Source of the DNA: Takakia lepidozioides
Lineage: Eukaryota > Plantae > Bryophyta
Assembly: GCA_030704615.1 (NCBI GenBank)
Contig: CM060733.1
Span: forward strand, 27,156,001 to 27,220,000
Direction of reading: 5' to 3'
Length of the DNA: 64,000 nt
Position numbers and translations under genes: made by a program. Positions 30,372-41,540 of this stretch are shown in pieces (the first letter of the stretch is position 1; each line of letters starts with the position of its first letter). Under the pieces are notes generated by a model that was given only the letters and a program-made list of their open reading frames with translations, was not told where the DNA came from and ran no database searches.

Positions 30372-33300
30372 CTAAAGGTTAGCAACCTCCAAATTCGCGC
30401 GCGCCTTCACTGCTTCCACCGCTGTAATTGTCTTGGTGCTATTTCTTGTCGTATTTTTTTGTGGCGGCATTGTCCACACGACATTGTTCACGTGGATCCA
30501 TTGAGCAGGATCTGGCGGGTTGTACTCCCAAACTTTTGACCAACAGTCCTTGTACCTCTCAAAGTCTGAGGGGTTACCTCCTTTCTTCGGTCTCCACCAC
30601 TCCACCTTCACTTTCTTAAAATTGGGATCTTCCCTTTCTCGGATGACATCTGAAATTGCCATTCCCATCCAGACCGGGCACGTCGTTGGGTCATGAGGGC
30701 GAACGAGCACAAAATACCCTTTCTCAATATCTTTGAACGGATTCAAGGGTATCCTTGGACGCTCACACCTAGGGCCACAGTAAGGTTCTGGAACTTCATC
30801 CTCATCTTCCATATCTTCCAGTATCTGTGGCTGGATGTCATCCCTCCGATGTTTTGAGGACCAATTTGTTTTCGGCCAAAATCCCTCAAGAAACTGAATA
30901 CGATCCGGAATGTCCTGCATTGGCTTATCAAGTTCGGCGAGAATATTTCCCCAGTATTGGTCATATTGTTCCATCACACCCCGGTAATGATCGTCAAGCA
31001 ACATTCCTTTGGTCCAAAAATCTCTGTATTTCTTAATACATTTTTTATGAATGATTGTTTTTCTGAGGAGTCGTCCCTAACTCCCCATATCGGTCTTCTT
31101 GGAACAACATCTGGTTCTCCTTCAGGGAGATATGGAGTCCCATCAGGATTGGACTTCCACATCTTAACGCTGGAGTTTGTAGGAAGCCACTCCGAATCAG
31201 TAGCTGACTTCTTGTACTTCATAACGGGCCAACCATCCGCATCCTTAAAAAATCGAAAGACGTGCATCTCTGAGATCCCGACCAAAGCCTCATTTCCATC
31301 ATGAATACAACCCTTAACAAACTTCTTGAAGTCGCGAACCTCCTGTGTGATTTGAGGAATGAATTGCATATCTTGGGAGATCATGAATGACCTCATCAAA
31401 TCCGGAAGAATGTAGGTGTTGCGTTCCTTTAGCTTCGAGAGAGATAGCTAAAGAATCCGTCAATATCCTCATGGGTGTGCCCGACCATGAGAAAACCAAG
31501 CTGGATCTCTTCAAAGACATCTTTGGCAGTGAGGAGGGATATGAAAGCAAGCATCCATCTGTTCTTATTGTCCTTGGAGGAGTTGTCCATCTGCAAATAA
31601 AGTCGTCTAGGAAGTGGTCGAGCACCACGTTTATCGTGTGGCCTGCAGGGTTTCAGAGCCTCCAAACATCTCGATTTACCTCTCATGAGCGTTTCAAAAA
31701 AATCATTTTGAACTTCAGTGTCGAAAATGTTCCTGGATTCCCGGCATGTCGGCTTTTCCAGTTGGCGCAGGCACCGAGCCAGCAACCCAATTGTGAAGTT
31801 TGAATTGTCTTTCCAGAACTCAAGGGAAAATTGAGCGTAAGCTCCATCTCCGTGTCCGTGCGTAACCATTCCTGTCAATGAGACATGCAACTGACCCAAT
31901 CCGGAGACCATCTTGTTCGTCGTCTGTAGCCTCGGAATAGCCGTTTTCCTATGATCCATCTTATCATGAATAATACATAGGAACTCCTCCGGAACCATAA
32001 CGGACTCATTCCTCCAGCTATGGTACAGCCTTCTGCATGACTCTTGATGCCTCAAGTGCAAATCAAGCGTCCGCTTATGTGCGACCTGTTCGGAACTCCT
32101 CTTAATCGACTTCTTGATCAAGTCCTTGAACATCTCGCATTCTGTGCACTTAGCAAAGGTGCTTCCTGTTTTCCGAACCTCCACGTTAGGAAATATTCGA
32201 TTCCGTATACGGCTTATAGCTGGCTTCGAGACTCCTTTCAAACCGAGCAGTCTGTTTGTCTGCACCCCAACTCCCCAACAATGTCAACGTCCACTGGGCA
32301 GTGGAGGTTTTACAAAGTGGAAGAACCTCCACTTTGAAAAACGAAAGGAGACAACGAATAAAAGTCACCTCGTTGGACTCCTCTCGAATTCTCTTCCAGT
32401 TCATTTCGGGTGGCAAAATTCTCAAAGTATCCCGACGTCCCTCTCCAATGCAACGTGTTTTGTGAGGCATAAGGTCAGTATTGGCATTGATAATGGACAT
32501 AATGTTCCCCTCTGCCTGGAGTGTCCCTGGTCGCGGCCGCTTGACGCCACGAATTCCGTGGAAAGATGACAAACAGCCCTCTTTACTGAGCTTTTTGTAC
32601 TCCATGTAAGTTGACCTTCCAATTCTGTATATTATCCACCATGCTTTCTCACAAACATCAACACCTTCTATCGTAACATACGACCTGCGCGATGACCCAT
32701 CCATAATGTGAAGTCGTTTTGAAACATTCAATCCAAGTTCTCTCCTCTCATCGAATGACGAACCCCAAAATGCAGTACAAATTGCCAAGGTTTTTCTCCA
32801 ATCAAAATACTGGCAGCACTGAAGCTTGCAGCAAGGTTTGCTGCTCACCGACCTCACTTCATCCAAAGTAAGATTTTTCTTGCACTTTTTTTAGTCCTCC
32901 ATATTGGATGGATTTTTCTTCTTAGTAAAATGCCTGTATGCTGCTTTCAATACGCCTGTACCATGGTCGTCATTCTCCATGTCACTGCATGATCGTAGGA
33001 AATTTTCGAGATCAACGGAGAGTATCCGACCATTTTCAAGAAGTCTTGTTTTTGTTAACGGCCATTTCACAATCGACATCAGTGAACCGGACTCTCCAGA
33101 AATTGTTCTAGTGACCAGAACCCCAACATCGTTCTCTCCGAGTTTGTCATTCAGAATGATCTCGTTAGGAATGCATGCTTGAATTCAGCCTTCGAACAGG
33201 GCGTTTCCGTCCTCCCCAAGAAGAAGACACTGCAAGTTTCTCCAATATTCTCTCCCCAGACCTGCAGGCAGATCCCCCCCAGTCTCACCGTTGGACGGAA

Positions 33301-33658
33301 TATCATTGCTTTCAGTGCTTTGTCCTTGATAATCACTACCTTCTGTGATGGAATGACATCCTGGGTTTCTCGGGGATGATGAATCCACAGTTTCATGCGT
33401 GCGAACACAGGACACGTCCCACACAACTGGAGTCCCAATCGCCTCCTTCAATGTGTCAGCATCCATGTGTCGATAAGGCAGAGGACATGAGCCAAATGCG
33501 TCATCACAAAATATCAAGGTAACTGAAATGGTGGACGAACACAAGTGGTGTTTGTGGCAAGTTCCATCCCCAGAAACATTCAGGCAATCTCCTGAGGCAA
33601 CAACTGAAGGAGATCCAGGAAGCGACAGAAACACCCTTTGGCCTATTTGGAACCCCAT
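30372..33658 (-). pseudogene. Sola-like (DUF7869-type) DDE transposase; intron 32260-32368, two in-frame stops and two frameshifts
   Basis: CC..QCC; FAKCTEC; IIHDKMD; LYLQMDNSSKDNKN; FLMVGHTHEDID. Probable start MGFQIG at 33658; stops at 33185 and 32891; frameshifts near 31435 and 31030. Confidence 0.85.
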
Positions 33659-36600
33659 GAAGTTAGTAACCTCCACTGGGCAGTGGAGGTCCAGTAAAAT
33701 CCTATTACTGGACTGAAGATTAACTGAAGGAAAGAATGACTTGCCACCGAAAGGAGAAACTTTAAGTATAACTTTTTTGACGGTTTTGAATGAGAAAACA
33801 ATATGGATTAAAAAAGTAAAGTCAATGTTTGGATCTACACTGGGACTGATAAAAAACAATTGGAATTAAATTGGAGTATGAGGGCGGAGTATAGACTACA
33901 TCTATCGGAACTGTCAGATGAAGTCACAATTGCCAACCTCCACTGGGCAGTGGAGGTTGGATGATATCTGTTGATGAAATAAACCACATGGATGAACAAT
34001 GGATAATGAAGAGGCCCTCTGTAGATGACAAAGTGATTCTATGGATGGATGAATAATAATGTGGCGATTGCCCAGTGGAGGTTTGGGAGTAACTTTAGAC
34101 AAACAAAAGCAAGTTTAGTTGGTGCATATGGAGAGTACACAAAAAATTGAGTATCATACTATCCTACGTGAGAAATGTGCAGTTGACACCTGAGACTAAG
34201 GAAGCAGGGAGAGACTCAGAGGTTGCTTCAGAAGTACCCTATGGGCAGAGTGGTGCAGGATAGGCAAAGAGGTACAGGTTGTCCAGAGAGGTGCACGATG
34301 TCCAGAGAGGTGCGTGAGAGAAAAGAAGCAAGTGAGAGGTTCAAAGTGGGAAGTTGGTGTTGTGTGGATATGGACGTTATATAGAGGTGACATGTAACTT
34401 TCATCTTTGAATCGCTCCAATGGCAGTGTGGTATGCTTTCTCTCTCGGATCGATTTGTGGCCACCGTGGATTAAGGCGGAATCGAACGGCTTATTTCAAC
34501 TCGCAAAATCTTGGCTTCATTGAAAGTGTGCACAATTTTCCATTTATTGACAGCAGCCACTGTCACATTAATTATGGAACAAACGATAACGGCCGCAATC
34601 AGACTGAATTCTATCGTACTTGTAGGTTAGTAGGACTACAAGTCTGGCATCATTATCGTGCGGCTCTGACAGCAGACTGTGGAATAAGTGTGAAGGATGT
34701 CGATTCTGACAAGTGGCCTGGAGAAATGAAGTCAGGCGGCTAATCGCCACAACTAATTCGGGACTGCACATTAACAATCGATCATTATAATTAGCTGGGA
34801 GGAATCCGGAGGTGAACCATAAAGCACTTTGAGATTGTTCTGTTTATATTTATCGTGCTATTACAGTGAATAAAACACTTGGGCAGGGCGGTTCATTATA
34901 TGCCGGCGCATTGCATTGGACAGCGAGGGCGGTGCATTACAGGTGTGCGGAATGCTCTGTCGTGCCTTGCTTGCTTGCACATGTTTAAAGTAGGGATGGA
35001 CCCCTCGTGTTGGGTATCCCTCGATAAATGGGCAGTCCCTATGGTGGCTCTGGACCTTAAATCGAGGAATGCCCGACACGAGGGGCCATCTACTATCCTT
35101 AAAGCCGTATGTCTATCAGGGAATATTGACGCCTGGAGGCTAACAGCCAAAAGTTATTGTGGACGGCTCAATATGAGACAATGATTATACAGTGTGACGA
35201 ATCCGTAGGTACAGCGTTGTGTCCTTTGTTGGCTTCAAATCTATTTTAAGATTTTTGTAAGCGTGAGGGTTGCAGAGTCTGACCAATGGCGTCATTACAA
35301 TCATTTCGTCCTTTTTCATTCGTCTATCCAGTCGTCTGTCCAAACGTGTGTGCATTCGTGGAACAAAAGTTGAACTAATTTCATGTGTGGATGCACAATA
35401 TTAATGATAGTTTGCGTGGATGGGGCAGAACATCCATTTGGACCGCGCGACCGTTCGATTTCGGACGGAGGCGATGGTTCAGATCATCCGCTTATAAGGG
35501 GTGCGCTCTTTGAGCCCGGCCTTTGGGCTTCCCATTTTCTACACGTAAGCGCTGCGCGAGTGAGAGCTTAACAGTTGAGAGAGGAGAGCGTGAAAAGAAG
35601 AGTTTTGGAGCTCATTTTGCAGCGACTGGACACTGGAGCGTGGAGAGAAAGAGCAGACTTGGCCGAGTGCAGAGAGAGGAGAGGGTGAAAGGTGAGAGAG
35701 TGAAATAGGCGAAATTTGAAGAGCGGGGAGGAGAGACCGGACACTGGCGAGTGGAGATTGACGAGTGTAGAGGCGAGAGCATAGTGCAATTACCGGCAGG
35801 CGGAGGTGCGGAAGAGAGTATCAAATGAAGGACTGTGGTTGCAGGGGCACCAAAATGGCCGGCACAAGCAGGTACAACATAAAAAACTCCCTCTTTTCGT
35901 CTTCTATTTCACGTTTTGTGTTGGCCTGTTCTCAGTTTTGTGTTGGCCCGCTCTCGATTCATGTGGCATGTTCAAGATTCAATTCGTTTCGATCTTGCTT
36001 CATTCTCTGCTGCACTGCACTGTCTTCAGTGCTTCAGTCCGTGCTTTAGTGCACATTAGGTTTTTGTTTCATTGTTTGCTTCGTTGTTTGCTTCAATGCT
36101 GTTTCATTCTCTGTCAATTTATTTCACTCCTGCTCCATTCTGTGCTTCAGTGCATTCCCGAGTCATTGCTTCACTGTTGTTTTTCAATTCACCAATGGTT
36201 TGTAGGGTGGTTTTGTGTGGTGGTTTTGTGTGCAATTGGGTTTGTGTGTGCTTGTTCTGGTCGATTAGGGTAATGGTTTAGGGTGGCGGGAGATTACCGT
36301 GCTGGTTGTATTGCTTGTTTTGTTCATTGTGGTGGTTTATTGAGGACAGTGGTTTAGGAAATGCCCGGATGTTTATTTCTCAACCGTTTTCTTGATCCCC
36401 AAATCCAGCGTTAGTTGATGCATTTCTTCCCATTCACGATTCTGAAAGGAAATTTTCATTTCTTATCCAATTATATCGAATTCGGCAATTCTGAAAAACC
36501 ACGATAGCCTAGTCTACTTGTATTCTACAGTAGACATATGCTAACAGGAGGCTTCGTGCAGGCCAGAGTAGAGTATTCGTAGACCCATGTCATACACATG

Positions 36601-36885
36601 AGCAACCAGAAACTGGAACCTCCACTGCCCAGTGGAGGTTCGTGTGAATTCTGTATGTGGAAGCTGAAAGACATTTATTTAAAGTAAGGACGAAATCGGA
36701 TAATTACGGGAAAATTGAAATCAGTTTGAGACGATGTGGGAACGAGTGATGGAATCATATGTGTAACATTGTAAGTGTGACACATACTTTTCAACGAGAC
36801 CGGGATACGATAATTGGGAACCTCCACTAGTTCGATATTTCTTTGGGTCAGCCAGTTACACACTCTGATTAGTTTTTATGTCAGA

Positions 36886-37538
36886 ATGAGAAAGAGGAAC
36901 GAGGGTGGGGAACCGGTGTCTGACGATGAGTACAAGACAGCCAGATTAAATTGGAGCAAGAGACGGTGTTTGGTAGACGTGATAGAAGCGGACCGTCCAG
37001 ATCAAAAACATGGTGTTTCGGAACCAGATGAAAAATCCAGTTGGGGGTCTACTGAGCCGAACAAAGTGTCTATCAATGACGAAAATGTGACTGTAGAATC
37101 CCCGCGGAACGCATCCGAATCTCCGAGCAATACACCTGAAGTCATCTGTAAGGATACCCTGGCGGAAATAAGAGAAAGCGTTCATGTAAACAATGATATC
37201 AACGGATCTCCTGCCCACTCCCAAGATTATCCGACATACACCCCTTCAGACTATTCCCCAGACACATTGGCGGCGATACGAGTGACCGTTTTTGGATATC
37301 CAACATCTCCGGGTTCCTCGCCAGCATCTTCTGAATCCAATCAGGATCTGAAGGATATTATCCTCCAAACTTCCTCCTGGACACTGAAACGAGCGGGGGA
37401 GTCCTGGAACTATTGGACGTCTCCGGATCTCCAGGATACTCCCCTGCGTCTCCTGATAGTATCACCGGATCCCCAAAATATACCCCTCCAGACTATTCGC
37501 CTGATACACTCAGAGAGATAAGAATGAGCATTCTGTAG
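36886..37538 (+). pseudogene. Cargo exon encoding S/P/Y-rich repeats (YSPDTL.EIR, YSPASPD); frameshift near 37340
   Basis: Acceptor tcag at ~36884; repeats NTPEVICKDTLAEIR / YTPSDYSPDTLAAIR / YTPPDYSPDTLREIR. Confidence 0.5.
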
Positions 37539-37983
37539 TTCTTGGGTATATAATCTAGAATCGTCTGAATATAGTGCGAGAAGTTCCTTAGTATATTTTG
37601 GACGAATTAGGTTCGAAGATTTCTATTGTAGATTAGTCATGTTTGAGGATGATGTACTCAATGGCTCCTTAGCCTCATTTTCATTAAAGTTTTTTTCTTC
37701 AACATCTGAAAAAAATGGAGGATTTCTCATTTCATGTAGAAAGAGTCGTACATACGAACCTCCACTGTCCAGTGGAGGTTTCTCATTTCTGGAATGATGG
37801 ATGCTAGTAAGAGAGATCTTGTTATTTGATTATCTAATAAATTTGTGTTTGGTTGTAACAGAAGACATCCTACACCACCAGATTGCGTCCCGGGATTGAT
37901 TGGAGATATTTGTGGCGCATTCGTATGCTGGAAGTCCTCACATTTCAAAACTGAGCATACCACTATTTTTTAGTTTAACCCAG

Positions 37984-40900
37984 AGGTGACAGATTGGGGC
38001 ATCGTGTCTGTCGGTACACCTCCTGATCACAAACTGTCTTTTCATTACAGAAGTCTTGGAGTAATAACAGACTTAAAATACGCAGAAGCTCTCGATATAG
38101 AGCTTGAATCTGAAGAGGAAAACCCGATGTTGGTTTTGTTCCTGCATGAGGATGCGAGAACCCCCAGGACGTTTGGTTTCAAAGTGGAGGTGGGTCGTCT
38201 GAACAAGTCGTTGATGAGTGAATGCGTTGCACTGGGTTTTAGATTTCCAGACGAGAGCTCTGTATTTACAGACGTAGGTTTGTCGAGGGCCTGGAGTATT
38301 TTTCTGGATCTTCTGCACGCAATGGGGAACGACATTCGCAAGAAACGAGCACTAGAGAAAGCATCAAAGCCGAAGAGGGGAAAACGCAAGTTGTCGACAG
38401 CCGGCAATGATGACAATGAGGCCGGGACTTCCGCAGGAAAGAAGAAACAGAAGGAGGATCAGGATCCAGCATTGATGTCAGATAACAAGAGACCTAAAGC
38501 TGGGGAGATTTTTGACAAGGAAAAATGCGAGAAGATGGAGGAGAGGCTCACGAAGGAATACAATGATGTATTTCCATTCGGATTCAAGAGTACCTTCCTT
38601 GTGAAGGTTTCCATGATGGAACTAGCTCCAAGGAGCATGGTTTACAGGCCGTTAAATATCAAGCATAAGGACGAAGTGAAAGCGCGACTCTTCCAACTTC
38701 ATTTGTTCGACTCCAAACATCCGGTGTATCTTGCGCCAATCAACCCTTCCAATCCCGAGAAGATTGCTTCATCGCGACCGAAACAATGGAAGGAGATGGA
38801 CGTATCAAGGTTCTTCGTAATTGGTGGACAACACACCATCGTGGCAGCAAAGGTAATGGACTTCATTTCCTCCCAGACCTCTCTTTTAACGAACCTCCAC
38901 TGGGCAATGCAGGTCCGTGTTGAACTACAAAATTGGATATGTCCCCACACTTTCAACTCTCTCACCCATTTTACATTAACTGTAGCATGAACTTCTCGAG
39001 GATCTTTCCGACAGCGAACTGAAGGAGTACTACCGGGAGTGGCCTACGAAGATTGCATGGTCTACCGATGAACAAAGACTCCTGAAGTTGTCAAAGCTCC
39101 TCAACGATCCCAATAAGGCGCAAAAATTTGATACAACAATGCCGGAGAAAGTTGCGCATGCGTGAATGCTATTCAACCTGAGGGGGAAGCCAAGGAAATA
39201 CAATGATCACACCACAAAGTCCGAGATGAAACAATGGAAGGTATGCATTTATGGAATCAAAATCTACTATTCACATTCATTTTATGCTAAAGAATACTTC
39301 TGTTGTCGGAGTGACAACTAATTTATCCCTGAATGAATGTGCAGGAGTTCATGTTTGCCTGTCATTTGATACTAGAAATGGGTAGCATTAAGGAGGCAAT
39401 GGTCCTGGTACTTTGCGACGACGACGTTTGGAAGATCTGGGAAGATGTTTTCAAAAACTAGGAGCAGGGAAAGCTACTTGACCCGCTTGGGATACAGTAC
39501 AAGGGTGAACAGCAACAGCTCACGAAATCTGCTATCGCAAAGCTGCAAGGGTTGAACAGATGGTAGCTGATAAAAGTTGCGCAGAAAATCCTGGACCTGA
39601 AATTGACCATTCGAGATTACAAAGGTCAAGACAAATCAATTCAAGGCATGAACAAGTACATAGACGACATGAAAATGCGCCGGTTTATTGTCGACGATGT
39701 GATGGAAGTGTTGGGGTGGCCTCGGAGGAGAAACAGTGTACAGAACCGTACACTAAGGACGAGTGGCGTAAAGTGAAGAGAAAGTACCACTGCAATAAGA
39801 CAGAGTTATCAACATTTAAAGACAAACTGGGGACGGATTACATCCAAAGCAAGATCAAGATGAACATGGAGACAAAATCACTCACGGCCGTTTTTGTTAA
39901 GTACGTCTCCTCCATCAAGAAAGCTTATGAGGATAGAGAGGATGCCATGGCAATTATTTCAGCGAGTTTCAAGACTCATTACGCTATCATGGGTGGAGAA
40001 ACAAAATTCGCCGATGCCAAGTCCCGTCTGCGACTCGCACCGAAGAAACGGTTTGACAACATAGCGATGGTGTTCGTCAATACAGTTTCTGAAGACGACT
40101 CTGTCGTATTTGAGTCCAATGATTACGTGAACATACTGGAGGCCTTTGTGGCTCAGAAAATGAACACGAGTGCTTTTGTTTTCTTCTCGACGCAACCGTC
40201 CTCGGCCAATCTGGTCTCCTACATCCGAAATGGTCCCGGAAGAACATCGTATCTTGTCCATCAGGGATTTTATGTTCCGGGAGAGTATGAAAATATTGTG
40301 CTGTTTTTCCAGCGACACCTGAGGAGATGCAAAATCCGGACAAGCACATCTCCACCGTACTGTTAATCGAGCCAATACAACCCGATTCTGGAAGGGCCCT
40401 CTGAGAAGCCATCAGCTTTTGAAGAAGAGTGCAAGACTTATAATCATGAGCTACGAGCTGACACATACGACTATTTGGCCTCCATGTTTTGTCGAGACGG
40501 GATGTCCGCTGTCAACATCTTCGGAGGCGTGATGTTGACGTACGCCCTTCATGTAAGTGTAAAACCTTTTTGCATTTTAAATACGAATTTTACATTTTTG
40601 ATCCAACAAGTCCTCTGTTTTACTGACTGGGTTTATCTGCGGGCAAGAAACATTCGAGTGCTTGACATCAACCACTCAACCAAGAAAAAGTTTTGCAAAG
40701 GAAAAGTTGAAGCTAATTTTAAGAAGCTTCAAATTGAGAATGACAATGTTGCTGAAGAGGTTGACGGCGGAGACGATGATGAGGATGAGGAGGAGGAAGA
40801 TGAAGACTTGGAAGAAGGAGGCGGACATTTCGAATACGTAGAGGAGGACGAGGGCATCAATGGTAACGGGGACAACGAGGGCCACAATGGTGACAATGCA

Positions 40901-41410
40901 GACTGTTGGGAGGCTGGACACCTGTATGTGATTCATGACTTCAGAACTCAGTCACAGGATGGTATTGAGAACATCACCCAAGACGTTGCGGTCCACAATG
41001 TCGTGATTCTAGATGGGGATTCCTCGAGTTCAAGTGAGAGAACTAAGAGTAATCCTGCTTCACCATCAAGGGGTGCGGAGGCGAGCTCAATCGAGGTGCG
41101 CGGCAATTTGATTGGGAGTGTAGACGATTGGTTCAAACCTGTAGAAGGGGACGAGCCGGCGCCAATGTCCCCGTCTCCCGCCAAAGAGAGGGTAGAGAGA
41201 GCGAGGACAAAGAGCCCGTGTCCCACAAAAGACAGTGGATACAGAGGGAGGACTAAGAGCCCGTCCCATGCAAAAATGGACAGTGGTGACAGAGGCAGGA
41301 CTAAAAGCCCGTCTCCAAGAAAAAACAGCGGAGGCAGAGGCCGAACTCAGAGCCCAACTCGCTCTCAAAGTGTCTCCCAGTATGTCAATTTGGATGTAGG
41401 TAACGAATGA
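37984..41410 (+). pseudogene. Multi-exon cargo gene: NLS, ParB/Srx-like domain, degenerate beta-class methyltransferase-like region, acidic tract, RGRTKSP repeats
   Basis: Exons ~37984-38852, 38986-39240, 39345-40552, ~40642-41410. Motifs RPLN..H..E, FFVIGGQHTIVAA and ELR..Y..L...FCRDG..AVNIFGG; premature stops at 39163 and 39459. Confidence 0.6.
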
Positions 41411-41540
41411 TACCTGGAGATTTATGGTGTCTTCAAGCATTATAAATGGAACAAATTGTGTGTATTGCATCTGGTTGTGTTCTGGTTGTGTTTTTGGCAA
41501 TACCTGATCTGTATCTTAATATTTCCCACATTCTTGAAAT

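Noticed and set aside
35806-36281. Hydrophobic Cys/Leu-rich ORFs
   Set aside because: T-rich, intron-like low-complexity sequence following a donor at ~35871.
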